The notes: generated from the letters alone by a model not told the origin. A stretch of DNA of 64,000 bases from Balanoglossus misakiensis (GCA_040954595.2 CM082595.2:643690-707689); one strand, 5' to 3'; counted from the stretch's first letter, positions 26,755 through 40,087 are shown. Numbers and translations: made by a program.

Positions 26755-27534
26755 ATGGCGGTCAACTTCGTAGCTTTTCTGGCGTTGCTCATTTTGCCTT
26801 CTGCCAGCGCCCAAGTCGTCAGTCGGGGCGCTTGTCCAGATTTCTCCGTTCAGGGAGATTTCAACACTACCAGGTACCTGGGAACTTGGTATGAAATAGA
26901 GAAGTTCCCGGCAAGTTTCGAGCGCGGTCAGAAGTGCATAAAGGCGACTTATGAATTACAGGACACGGGACACATCCGCGTGATCAACGAGGGGATAAAG
27001 ATCACGACTGGTGACGCAGTACAGATCAAAGGCGATGCATTCGCACCTGATCCAAAGGAACCTTCCAAGCTGAAAGTGCGGTTTTTCTGGTGTAAGTAGC
27101 TTTGAATGCGTTACTGATAAAACTAAATACATATGGAAACTCACAGACAAGTTTGGGAAATCGTCCGAAACTTTGTTTGCCATAAATACCACGACTAATT
27201 TTACACAATTAGCCTACAGTATAACTGAATGAATCTCATTCACCGTGTTTTCATTTTTTTTCGTTGCTCAGGGCAACCAGCCGGTGATTACTGGGTACTC
27301 CATACCAATTACACAGATTACTCCGTTGTCTACTCGTGTACAGATTTGTTTGGCTTTGTACGCGCAGAATTGGCCTGGATTTTGGGAAGACAGCGCACCT
27401 TCGATGACCGCATTCTGGCCGCGTTGCTAAGTGATCTACAGGAGATGGGGCTGGATATCGCTTACTTTCAGTCAACTGACCAAACCGGGTGTGAAGACGA
27501 GGAAGATGGTGGACGATATTTAATGTTTTCCTAA
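26755..27534 (+). CDS. APOD-like: Apolipoprotein D-like lipocalin, copy 2 (exons 26755-27091, 27272-27534)
   Basis: MAVNFVAFL... signal peptide, GACP...YLGTWYEIEK, DYWVLHTNYTDYSVVYSC, AWILGR, TDQTGC; same intron position as copy 1; AATAAA near 27579. Confidence 0.92.
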
Positions 27535-28802
27535 GTTAAATGCATTCACTGCTTGGGTTCTTCCTCCATCTCGTTGGCAATAAATCTTTGATCTTGTGAA
27601 TTTACGAACGGCTTTGTCTTGTTTTATATTTATGACGTTCAGAAAGAGAGGAGGAGGCATCCTCATGGTCCGACAGTAGTAGGCCAATATTGGCCGACCA
27701 ACTTCACCAGCTTCCCTACTTGAAATCCTCGAGTGTCTAAAATACTGTAATCCATTCAGATTATTTTATTTGTTTCCAATAAATCTGAAATTGCAGTGAG
27801 GCACCGTGGTGAAACGTTCAGAAAGACGTCACCACGTACAAAAAGTTTGGTGACCCCATTTACTGCGCCCTCAGCGATATTTACTCATATGTTTCAATTT
27901 CAAAATGGCGATGGGTGTCGACTGCTGACGACCTGTCGGGAATATTCGAGGTGTTTCAAAGATGTGTGGAGGTGTTACAAGTGAAATGAAACCTCAGGGG
28001 TAAAGAGGTATGTAGTATCTGTTGTACGGAAAAGATATACGTCACAGCGATGGCATGTCGGTGGGGAGAATCACACCTGTGTTGACGCGAACCTCGCCCA
28101 CCAGCCTGTGATCTGTCAGCTGGGTGTAAATCAGAACTCATCTATGAATAATTCACTTCATCACCAATCATAATAACTGCCGAGAATCGCTCTAAACAAC
28201 AGCTTATGGTTACGCAAACATTTCGTAAATGTGTCCACGAACAAGCGATGATTGTCAGTCGATCTACCTGCCGATCCTGTCTCTGGATTTTGCTGGCTAT
28301 ACTGCATGACGTAATCAAAACAGTACTTGTATGTTCAGATGAATATAATATGCGAAGTTTTCATGTTATCTCCCAAGACCTCACTATTTACTTTTTTGAT
28401 ATTCCGTTGCATATAACAATGTCATTGTGTAGATATTAAAGATAGTCTTAAAGTTTGCCTATGCACAAACTACGTGTACCTCTTACTTTGATGATTCATT
28501 GTACTCCAAAGTATTATTCAATTGTGTCCCACACTTGGTTTAAGAAGTGTCTAGATCATAGAGGTAATGTGAATCAATGTTAGAATCTATGAATGTGTGT
28601 GTAATGTGAATCCATGATTACTATGGACATTTCTTCCTTCTATCCTCTGTTCATTCAATGTTCATTTCTAGTACCCATAAGCAAAGACGTAAGAAAAATC
28701 CTCAATGGCACAGCCGGACTTCACTTTGGTAATTTCCTTTTCATATTCTCAGTGAAACCAAGAGTAGACAAATGTAACTGAAAGTCAAGGACAACCGACA
28801 CC

Positions 28803-31800
28803 ATGCATAATTTATTCACCCAAGTTTTGGCCCAGAGAGACCTGGCCAGAGCTGGCGACCTGTTCTCCATCGAAGACAAGGACATTGTTGATGATCTTTC
28901 AGACGTCTTGAAGAAGATCCAGGAAATATCCTCCTCACAAGACTACCTGAAAAATGACAATGACCAATCAGTGGTGGAGATTTGCATAACACGAGTTACC
29001 ACTGCAATAAGGTACTATCTTTATGTTAATTCTAGTGTCTCTTTCACCTCTGTTTCCCTGTGTAGAGGTTCAACTTTACCATAGAAAACAATGGATTTGG
29101 ACTAAACCATGGTGGTTGCAGGGTTTATAGACATGTCCTGACAATAGAGAGATCTGTGAACGCCAATGTCACTGTGCTTTTGTTGTTGTTGATTCTTGCA
29201 AAACAGAGAGACTGGATCTATTGAGAAACATGCAGCAGCACTGGTGTCACTCTGGGAAAGCTGTCTGCAACACGACTTGAAACCGACCAACAAAGATGAA
29301 GATCCCCCTCACGCGAAGATTGCGTCTGATATAATGAGTTGTCTATTCATGGTAAGACATCATCAATTAGAAATTTTTCCACTAAATTTGTTCTTTTGTC
29401 TGGAGGTTTAGTAAGCCAAAGTGTTTTGTTTGACCTCTTTGTGAAAGAGATCACACACCAGTGTCCAAAAAGGTTTTGTTCTTTTTTCTTCTGTTTCCCA
29501 TTTCAGTGATGCAACCAATAACTGTGCTTCAGTGATTATTGCAATGTTAGCAAGCATTGTTGTCTTTATACATGTATCACTTTCCAAATTTGACAGAATT
29601 ATTCCAAGAGACCGGTGATGGAACTAGCAGTGCCAGTGGCTGTAAAATTCCTACAGCAAGCAAACAAGGAACTCACACACAACATGTCCAGTTATTTGTC
29701 ATTAGTAGCTATAGAGAGTGCTAGCCTGTTAGCAATGCATACAAATCCTATTATCGACAGTATTATACAGGGTAAGTGAACACTACCTTTATATAATTAT
29801 TACAAGATATCCATACTCTGAAACGTTTGATCTTTTTATACAAATCAAGTTATCAAGCCTTTCACCACAATGATTCAGTCCAAATCCATTGTTTTCTATG
29901 TTGAGGTTGGACCTCTAAAGAGGGAGCTGGCGGTGAAAGTGTTAAAATATTTCTTGATTTGTGTATTTCAGGAAACCGTTCTCTGACTAGAGTCTTGCCT
30001 CAGATATATGCTGAGGAACCACAACCGATCAATGAACATGTTTCAGATTTAGTTCTCTTGCTTCCCGAGTGTGACGTTTCTGAGAAAAATAATGTTCTTC
30101 AGTTGATAGGATTGGTTGCCAAGCAAGATGCTAAGGTGTGTTAAAGTGTGGTGTAAATATTGTTCTCAGACAGCTATATAAGACATTAGACAAGCTTGTT
30201 GATTAGAATGCTAATTATACCAGTGTCAGTCAGTATTGTAGATAACTGCACACTCCATTCTAATTCTGTGTTGTAATTGGTTATAATGCATCATGTGACT
30301 AGAAAAATATGACTAATTCCCGAGGGCAATAGACTTCACGATTTTCTGGCAACTCACAGTACTTCAAGGCATTATTAACATGTGCTATATCCCCCCACAG
30401 TTATTGGAAAGCCACGTGTGTACATTAGCTGAGCACTTGAAGAATGGTGGTACATCTCAGGCTGTGTTGGCAGCGTTTGTAGACATGGCATCTGCCAGTG
30501 CCTCTCCGCTGGCATGCTGTCTGCCCGCTTTGAAAGATGCAGCTCGCAACCAAGCACCGTTGATGAGCCTGGCTGCCAAAATATTTGGCGCTGTCGGACG
30601 TCTTAATAAGGTGAGGCATTGTTACACTTCATGATCTTTCATGTGCAGCAGTGTGCTTTTTGAACCACACCAGCGATTGCAACCACCACACAAATGCTTT
30701 GACTCTTATTTCTCATTCTGTTGTTCCAGGCATATGGCAAAGAATGTATAGCTTTCCTGGTATCACAGCTACCCAGTGTGGACCATACTACCTTGCCCGC
30801 TGTCTTGATTGAAATCAAAAGCATAGGGGACCAATACCCGAGCCTGCTGGGAGTTCATCTGGCAGCCATCAGTAAACAGGGTGAGAGTTCCTCCACGGCT
30901 GCCAGAATGATTGTCCAGCAACTACAGGAGGATATTGCAAAGTGGTGAGTTTAGCTGAGTCTGGTTTGGTTGAGTTGAAGTCTGCTTGGTGTTCCTGTTC
31001 CACTTGTTCTTTTGCCTCTCTGTGTACATTTTTGTGATGTGGTAATATTTTGTTTGCTTGTATTTTTGTCTTTTAGTGGACCAAGTGTTGACTTGTTTGA
31101 TCTTCCTGAGTTGGAAAGCCCTACAACGAGTGAAGCCATGTCACAAACAGAGAATTTGGATTCCACAACTCAGTCTGACGACAAAGAAAATGATGCTGAA
31201 ACATTAACAGGCAGTAACAAATCAGAGACTTCAACTCTTAAAAGTGCTCATTCAGTGAACAGTTCAAAAAAGAGCCAAGAACTAACAGATGATGGTGGTG
31301 GGGACGGCAAGGCCTCATCGTTGAACGTCTTGGCTGCTGCAAATAGTCCAGTGCTAAACAGTGCAATGAAATCGGGTCCAAATGAACTCAAAGACAGTGA
31401 CAGCACCCGTAAACTGTCCAACTCAAACACAGACACTGCCAAAAAGGCGAGCGTTCACAGTCTGACAAGGACTGATGATAAGGTCACCTCCAGCAGTAAT
31501 AGTCAGTCTCCTAGCAACAGTATCCAGGAGACGATGATGAGGGAGTCACACAGGGATGAGAGACAAGCCACGGCAACACTGAGAATGGACGGCCTCCAAG
31601 CGAGCGGCAAAAGCAAAACCCGGGATAGCAGTATACAGCAATACTTGGCACACCGGCATAAGGAAATTACATCCTACATGGATTCTATCCGACCGAGGAT
31701 TCCTATTCCGTATGTGTGTGTAGTGGAAGGTAAGATGTTTACGGAAAATTTCACAGTAAAACAGGGTTCGGCTGAGATAGTGGTGAAGTGATAATTATTT

Positions 31801-33967
31801 CCATGTACATGTACCCTCTTGAGGTGCCAGTACTTCGGCTAAAAAAATCTACTTCTGTTTTATGTTTGACAGGTGGCTATGCATCACGGAGCATTGGAAG
31901 GTTAGAATTTCACTGCAGCAAAAAGGGAGCTCACTGTTTGTTCAACAAAACACCCTTCATGATAACAACAAGGACATTACAACCCTGGGTTCATCTCATG
32001 TTTTTAGAATTACAGGTAAATGATATCTTTGTCCATGTACAAGGCCCTTTTGCTACACAACCGTGGTTACCCTGACACATCACCGCAGTAAATTTTAGAA
32101 ACAGTCAAAAACAACCTGTTGATTCTTTATGTTGCCAGGCCAGTTCATCAACTCCGGTCTCCCTTGACGACGATGCAGTACAGAACCTCAAAGCATGCTG
32201 GGAGCAGCAGAAGAAAGGAGGACCTATCCCATTTACTAGGCTGATTACACAGCCATTTCCTATCCTTAAGGTGAGTAGAGTGCTGTAGATTGTAGTCTAG
32301 TCTGGTCATATTCTGTCTGCTTTGCTTCCAAAACTACGTCTAGTGTCATGCATGATACCCCTCGCAGGGAATTGTGATGTAACTGGTGTCCCTTTGAAGT
32401 CAATGACAGACTTTGTTTTTCCACTGATTGGGCAAAGGAAATACATATGTGTAATTAATTAATTTGTCTTATTTTTCTTTAATTTTTAACAGGTTCAGGA
32501 GCATTTGATAGATGAACTGACAGATGTGAGTTTCTTTGATGTGTTCTGTTTCAATAAAAGCACAGCTACTTGGTTATGTTTCCTCTGCAATAACCCTGAC
32601 AAGGCCACAGGTAAGAACAGAAATATAACCCCAGAACAGGTCCAATAATCTTTATGACCTTAACAACAGAAGCAGCCAATTTCATACTTACAACGAAAGA
32701 TTAGCAATAGTATGATTCATGTTACAATATCACCCTCAGGTTTGATGCATGAAGGTCAGCCGATGATTGAAGGATGTTTGAAGGAGAAGAAAGTGAGATG
32801 GAAACTGTTCAAGAGATGGAAGACAAGATATTTCACTTTGGCAGGAGAACAACTCGTAGGAAGTAAAAGTAAATCGGTATGTAGATACAACACAACACAG
32901 CACAACACAACACAACACAACACAACACAACACAACACAACCCAACACAACACAACACAACACAACACAACACAACACAACACAACAAGTTATAGACTTT
33001 GTAGCACATGTACTGAAATGGAAAACTCGTGTGATGTATTCTGTACACTGTATTTGTGTAGATGTTGAACTGCAGGGAAGCTGATCTCAAATGTCATTTG
33101 AAGACTGTGTGTGGAGCACACCAACTAAATCCATTTATACATTAATTTAACCATAAATGTCGATGTAACATAACAAGATGGTGTCTGCATGTAACTGAGT
33201 CTCATTGAAATTAACATCACATTCATTTCTCACTTTGACCTTTGACATTGCTATGATCTAGCAAGCAGAGCTTGAACAGGTAATCATACACACTGTTTCT
33301 TCTGTGTCTAAAGTCTGGAGTCTGTGCTCAGTTTCTGGTGTTTGATTTTCTTCTTTTGTTTTGATGTGTTTGGTGTGATATGGTCATTTTACTGTCTGAA
33401 GCAAATTCTCTGCCATTACTGGAGGTAATGCTTTGAGATATTTTGCATATGGTGACACCCCTTTGTTAGGCATGGTTTGGAATGACCCACATGTCCTTCA
33501 TCCTTATCTTCAATGTATTGCATGGATAATGAAAGTTCAGGCTGTCAACTTTCCACCCTGTGACCTTTCACCTCATCCTGTGCCTGTATTTGCATACACT
33601 GTATTAGTAAATAATGGCCTGGCGATCCAATTGCATGATCATCTCCCTACAGTTAGTTATGTCATCTGAAAGTTACATGTAGTCAGATTATTTTCTGGTG
33701 TGAGTATTAGTAAATTGTGATAAAGAGAACGTGTTCTTTTTCACTCTCTCCCCATTCTAGAGCAAACCCAGTGTGCCGATTGACCTCAACAAAATCCAGA
33801 GTGTCAAGACTTTGCGAAAGAGAGACCGCAGCATCCCGAGGGCGTTTGAGATCTTCACCAATGAGAGGACCTACGTGCTGAAACCAAAAGATGGACAGAA
33901 TGCTGAACAGTGGGTGCAATGTCTGACCTTGGCAATGAGACACCATGCAAGTAAAGGGGGGCAGTGA
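28803..33967 (+). CDS. VEPH1: Ventricular zone-expressed PH domain protein / Melted homolog (12 coding exons)
   Basis: Exons 28803-29011, 29207-29351, 29597-29771, 29972-30135, 30401-30610, 30730-30944, 31077-31729, 31873-32015, 32139-32270, 32493-32610, 32740-32876, 33761-33967. N-terminus [22 protein letters not shown]...[41 protein letters not shown], and C-terminal PH domain [25 protein letters not shown]...[11 protein letters not shown] match VEPH1/Melted. Confidence 0.93.
29040..29127. mobile_element. MITE copy (first coding-region intron of VEPH1)
   Basis: ctttcacc...tagaggttcaactttaccatagaaaacaatgga...ggtggttgcagggttta. Confidence 0.7.
29853..29945. mobile_element. MITE copy (VEPH1 intron 3)
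   Basis: cctttcaccacaatg...aggttggacctctaaag...ggtgaaagtgttaa. Confidence 0.7.
32887..32987. repeat. (CAACA)n pentanucleotide microsatellite in VEPH1 intron 11
   Basis: About 20 near-perfect copies visible. Confidence 0.97.
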
Positions 33968-34955
33968 CATTATTTGGAGGGGGATGAGTGTGTGTGTGTG
34001 TGGGGGGGGGGGGGTGGGGGTGGGAGACAGTAATGCCATTTAGATCGTAACATTATCTGGAAGGGGAACGAGATCTGGATGGGAGCATTGAAGGTCAAGT
34101 AGACCATAACATTAGGGGGAAAGGTAGAGACAGGTTTTAGGTATTTTATTTTAGCAGCATTTGTATTATAGGTATTTTAAGTTGATATCAGAATGAAGTG
34201 AAATGAATGAAATAATGCATCTGCTTGTGTGTGTGTGAAAACTGAAGAAATACTAAACTCAGCATTTTCCCAGCAATATTTTAGCAATATTAACATACAC
34301 AGACATGCACACACTGAAACACAACTCCAAGTTATAAATAGAGGAGTTTTAATCCTTACATTTGTGATATATCAGTGTTATTTAATTTCTGTGAACTGTG
34401 TAGTTGTCAATCTGTGACTTTTTATTCCTGGGTACGTCAGAAAATTACGGGAGACATCTCAGCTTTTGGGTGCTATGCGTACATGTAATATCCACACAAC
34501 TCCTCACAAGACTGAGTTTTGCTCATCCAAATTTTATGTATATATAATACAAACTTGAATTCTCTTCAAAAACATCTCCCCTAATTGTGTATAGTTTTCA
34601 GACAACTCAGATCAAACAAACAATTTGATAGATGTTGCCAAGAATAATAAGCATTTGATCAACGTAGCAAAAAAAGAAAAAGAAAAAAAGAAATGATTTA
34701 ATGAACAGACACTGAAAAAGTGTCTATGTAGCAATAATTCAAGCATGTTGCGTAGAAGACACACCTTGTCAACATTTCTATTACCTTGCCTCTGTGAGTC
34801 ACCTTTTCCACAAAACCTTTAAATTTTACCCTTGTATTTGTTTGACATCAGGTAATAATTTCTATGGATATATTAGTTTTGTTTCTGGTATTATGGTTAA
34901 TTACACTCACAAGGTTAGTGGAGATAACTGGGAGCATGTGAATTTACTGCTGCAT

Positions 34956-35048
34956 TTAACCCTTTCACCACAATGGTTTAGTCCAAACCCATTGTTTTCT
35001 CTGTTAAGGTTGGGGCTCTAAAGAGGGAACTGGGGGTGAAAGGGTTAA
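34956..35048. mobile_element. Best-preserved copy of an ~85-bp piggyBac-type MITE (TTAA-CCCTTTCACC...GGTGAAAGGG-TTAA)
   Basis: TTAA on both sides, 10-bp terminal inverted repeats beginning CCCT, shared internal sequence with other copies in the window. Confidence 0.8.
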
Positions 35049-37189
35049 GTTACAATAGATACCAAATACATGTATAGTGATGTGAATGTTGACTGCAAGT
35101 TTTTTCCTTTCCTTTACTGTGAAAAATGTCATTTTATTGATATGACACTTGATTGCACAGATGAAGAAGTTTTCTTGCAATTTACAAAGAGTGAAAAAGT
35201 TGTGTTTAATAGTTTATTTTCAACAAAAGCAAATCTTACAATGTTTGGAGAATCAATCCAAAATCCATGACAATTGCAGCCTGTGAGAAAAAAATTTATA
35301 TTTCATTTTCAAATTCTGTTCTGAAGCAGCACTGTAATTTTTTTTAAATAGTTGTAAATAACTTTTAACTTTTGTTTTGTGTTCAACATTCCACCTTGCA
35401 TATTATGTTTCATTTTTTTTTTCAAATTTGAATAATTTGTAAATGTTGCAAAGTTACAAAATGAAATAGATACTTTTGGTTTCTAAATCACAGGATCAAG
35501 TTTGTGTATATATTAGTGATTTCATGTAACATTTATTTTTTTGTATCTGGTTATTTTAGTTTTCACCTCCTGTCTTCAGTACTTCAAAAGTAAAGAATAA
35601 GATCTATTTAATGAAATACTGTGTGTTTCTCTTTTTTTATTTGAAGTATATTAACAGTAATATGCACCTCAGAAATCTATTTTTTATTTATTTATTTGTT
35701 TATTTATTTATTTATTTACCCATAAAGCCGTCAAAAAGTAGAGAATAAATGAGTCTCAGTTACCCAGACCCCTTTGCTTCTTCAGCAGCGGAAGGTTAAA
35801 GGTTAGCCGGAATCATCCACTTCAAGCGTGGGAAAATTTCAGGTTTTCGATCAGTATGCCTCTCCTACAAATTAACGTCAAAAATGTCTTATTTTCTCAT
35901 TTCTGATGAGAATAATCCTTTTTGTATAATAAGGTTTACTGTAAGTTTTTTGTTTCGTTAATGCTCTAAAGATAAGCGTTTCAACTCCACCATCCGTGAC
36001 CCCTGTGCAAAATAATCTAGTTCCACTTCCTGTCGAAGCTTCGTGTCATTTTTTCGTCGTTGAGGGTGCTACAAAAATGATTGTCAATCATGCAGTGGGC
36101 GTATCCAACCTACACAAGCTTACTCGTGATTGGCCAATACAATCAATGATAAAATATATGAAGTTATGAACGCACCATTTAAGGTGTTTTTTTATGAATT
36201 ATTCATTTTCTATCGGGTATAAAAACTATTGCGCAAGTCATTCGGCACTTGCCGCTCGTCTCCTTCTGTAAGTATATGTATTTTAGTCTAATTCTATTTT
36301 TTGGGGGATTTTATACTCGTTGGTTCTGGAAACCTCGTCTGAAATTGTTACCAGTGAGTGCTACAGACTCATTCTTTAACATGTTTAGTCAGCGTTGACG
36401 GGAGCACTATGCAAAAATTGAACAGTTTCCAAACTTTTTCACGTGAAGTCAGACGGCGTCTGCGTCCAAAAATGTGCATAGCTCTCCCGTTTTGTTCCAA
36501 AACAGCAACAGTCGTTCATTTTTTCAAAATATAAAGCGAGGTAAAAAAGCAGTGTCTACAATATAACCCTAGAATGTAAATGTGGTTTTATTTGTAAAAA
36601 TTTCGTCCATTATTTTTGAATTCAAAACATTTTCATTATATTGTTATCGACTTCGAGAAATGTCGCGCACGTGGTCGTCGCGTCGGTTGTCTGCTTCCAA
36701 ATCGTGATCCTCCCGGTTGGCCACGAAACAATAACCGCAATTTTCAACCCAGAATGAAAAATGTGGTTTTATTCATAAAGTTTCCGAAGATCGTTCTTGA
36801 ATTCAAAACATTTGTATAAATTCAACTTTCAAGATTTAGTGATTTTTAAAGTTAGTGCTGCGACATACGGTCCTGTTTATCGGGGTCGTGTGTTACTTTA
36901 CTGGCCATTTGTCGGATTCGAACAACGGCCACTTATGTTTGAATTTCATTTTCAACATTTCTAGTATTTCAATATTTAAGCGTTCGCCTTTTATTTTAGT
37001 CATTTCAGGTCTACCGAAATTAAAATGCCAAGGCCATATTGGGGAAAAAAGATGGCGCCAACTTGAGGAGCAACGCTTGGCGGTGATGACGTCATTGTCT
37101 CTGCTTATGGGTTTCAACCAATCAGAGGTAGGCAACTACATGTGACATAATTCGATCTTCTGATTTGTCCATAGTTGTAAAGCATCAAG

Positions 37190-38450
37190 AGGTGATTAGG
37201 AAAGTGTGTTGGGTTAATCATGGGTAAAATATTAAAAATGGGTTATATAAAATGTGTAAACTTTCCCGTCTCCCAAAGGAGATTAGGAAAGTGTGTTGGG
37301 TTAATCATGGGTAAAATATTAAAAATGGGTTATATAAAATGTGTAAACTTTCCCGTCTCCCAAAGGAGATTAGGAAAGTGTGTTGTGTTAAGAATGGGTA
37401 AAATATTAAAAATGGGTTGTATAAAATGTGTAAACTTTCCCGTCTCCCAAAGGAGATTAGGAAAGTGTGTTGGGTTAAGAACGGGTAAAATATTAAACAT
37501 GGGTTATATAAAATGTGTAAATAAACATTCCCTTCTCCCAAAGGAGATAAGTAAAATGTTTTTTTTGTTAATAATGGGTATGATGGTTGGAAATGGGTTA
37601 TATAAAATGTGTAAATAAACTTTCCCTTCTCCCAAAGGAGATTAGGAAAGTGTGTTGGGTTAAGAATGGGTAAAATATTAAACATGGGTGATATAAAATA
37701 TGTAAAAAAACTTTCCCTTCTCCCAAAGGAGATTGGGAAAGTGTGTTGGGTTAAGAATGGGTAAAATATTAAACATGGGTGATATAAAATGTGTAAAAAA
37801 ACTTTCCCTTCTCCCAAAGGAGATTGGGAAAGTGTGTTGGGTTAATCATGGGTAAAATATTAAAAATGGGTTATATAAAATGTGTAAATAAACTTTCCCT
37901 TCTCCCAAAGGAGATTAGGAAAGTTAAGAATTGGTAAAATATTAAAAATGGGTTATATAAAATGTGTAAATAAACATTCCCTTCTCCCAAAGGAGATGAG
38001 GAAAGTGTGTTGGGTTAAGAATGGGTAAAATATTAAAAATGGGTTATATAAAATGTGTAAATAAACTTTCCCTTCTCCCAAAGGAGATTAGGAAAGTTAA
38101 GAATTGGTAAAATATTAAAAATGGGTTATATAAAATGTGTAAATAAAGTTTGGTTAAGAATGGGTAAAATATTAAAAACGGGTTATATAAAATGTGCAAA
38201 TAACTTTCCTTTCTCCCAAAGGAGATTAGGAAAGTGTGTTGGGTTAATCATTGGTAAAATATTAATAATGGGTAATATAAAATGTGTAAATAAACTTTCC
38301 CTTCTCCCAAAGGAGATTGGGAAAGTGTGTTGGGTTAAGAATGGGTAAAATATTAAAAATGGGTTATATAAAATGTGTAAATAAACTTTCCCTTCTCCCA
38401 AAGGAGATTAGTAAAATGTTTTTGGTTAAAAATGGGTATGATGGTTGGAA
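37190..38450. repeat. Tandem array of an 87-91 bp unit, about 14 copies
   Basis: Unit aggagattaggaaagtgtgttgggttaagaatgggtaaaatattaaaaatgggttatataaaatgtgtaaataaactttcccttctcccaa, repeated with small indels. Confidence 0.95.
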
Positions 38451-38559
38451 TATTGGCTATGTATGTTGCTGATTGTATACAGGTTTTCTCTATGAATGAG
38501 CCGGCAAATAGTTTAACAAGTTATCTATTCTTCATTACAGGTATAAGTAGATTACTAGT

Positions 38560-40087
38560 ATTTCTTAGAGTCATTTCAGGTACTGGAAGTTTGAAGATGG
38601 GAGAAGCAAAGCAGAATTGGGGTCTGTAATTTAACTTGATTAATCGCTGGAGCTCTCCGGAAGCCCAGAGCTTCCGGACAGCTCCAACGATTCGGTATTC
38701 ATTAAAAGTGACCGCGGATGATACAGTTGAAATGCTGAGCTGACTTTGATGCCTGTGAAATCTATTAACCATATCTCTCGTATTCCTAGTCTTTTTAGAG
38801 TCATTTCAGGTGCTAGAAGTTTGAAGATAGAAGTTTGTCAAGACCTTGCAGGAGCGGCTAGCAGAATTGGGGTCTGTAACGATCAATCGTTGGAGCTCTC
38901 CGGAAGCCCAGAGCTTCCGGACAGTTCCAACGATTCGGTATTCATTAAAAGTGACCGCGGATGATACAGTTGAAATGCTGAGCTGACTTTGATGCCTGTG
39001 AAATCTATTAACCATATCTCTAGTATTCCTAGTCTTTTTAGAGTCATTTCAGGTGCTAGAAGTTTGAAGATAGAAGTTTGTCAAGACCATGCAGGAGCGG
39101 CTAGCAGATTTGGGGTCTGTAACGATCAATCGTTGGAGCTCTCCGGAAGCCCAGAGCTTCCGGACAGTTCCAACGATTCGGTATTCATTAAAAGTGACCG
39201 CGGATGATACAGTTGAAATGCTGAGCTGACTTTGATGCCTGTGAAATCTATTAACCATATCTCTCGTATTCCTAGTCTTTTTAGAGTCATTTCAGGTGCT
39301 AGAAGTTTGAAGATAGAAGTTTGTCAAGACCTTGCAGGAGCGGCTAGCAGAATTGGGGTCTGTAACGATCAATCGTTGGAGCTCTCCGGAAGCCCAGAGC
39401 TTCCGGACAGTTCCAACGATTCGGTATTCATTAAAAGTGACCGCGGATGATACAGTTGAAATGCTGAGCTGACTTTGATGCCTGTGAAATCTATTAACCA
39501 TATCTCTCGTATTCCTAGTCTTTTTAGAGTCATTTCAGGTGCTAGAAGTTTGAAGATAGAAGTTTGTCAAGACCATGCAGGAGCGGCTAGCAGAATTGGG
39601 GTCTGTAACGATCAATCGTTGGAGCTCTCCGGAAGCCCAGAGCTTCCGGACAGTTCCAACGATTCGGTATTCATTAAAAGTGACCGCGGATGATACAGTT
39701 GAAATGCTGAGCTGACTTTGATGCCTGTGAAATCTATTAACCATATCTCTCGTATTCCTAGTCTTTTTAGAGTCATTTCAGGTGCTAGAAGTTTGAAGAT
39801 AGAAGTTTGTCAAGACCATGCAGGAGCGGCTAGCAGAATTGGGGTCTGTAACGATCAATCGTTGGAGCTCTCCGGAAGCCCAGAGCTTCCGGACAGTTCC
39901 AACGATTCGGTATTCATTAAAAGTGACCGCGGATGATACAGTTGAAATGCTGAGCTGACTTTGGTGCCTGTGAAATCTATTAACCATATCTCTAGTATTC
40001 CTAGTCTTTTTAGAGTCATTTCAGGTGCTAGAAGTTTGAAGATAGAAGTTTGAAGACCACGAGCAGCTAGCAGAATTGGGGTCTGTG
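38560..40087. repeat. Tandem array of a 243-bp unit, about 6 near-identical copies, each with an internal hairpin
   Basis: Near-identical ORF fragments recur at exactly 243-nt offsets (38746, 38989, 39232, 39475, 39718). Confidence 0.97.

Noticed and set aside
32712-33090. Cys/Val-rich and NTTQH-repeat ORFs
   Set aside because: Translations of the intronic (CAACA)n microsatellite; only 32740-32876 is a real VEPH1 exon.
37220-39987. Repeated ORFs (MGKILKMGYIKCV..., MMPVKSINH..., MVNRFHRHQ...) as standalone proteins
   Set aside because: By-products of tandem repeats; frames break between units, many starts are non-ATG, and no domain is recognisable.
38560-40087. CRISPR-like array of palindromic repeats
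   Set aside because: Whole 243-bp units are near identical, there are no unique spacers, no cas genes, and the context is eukaryotic.
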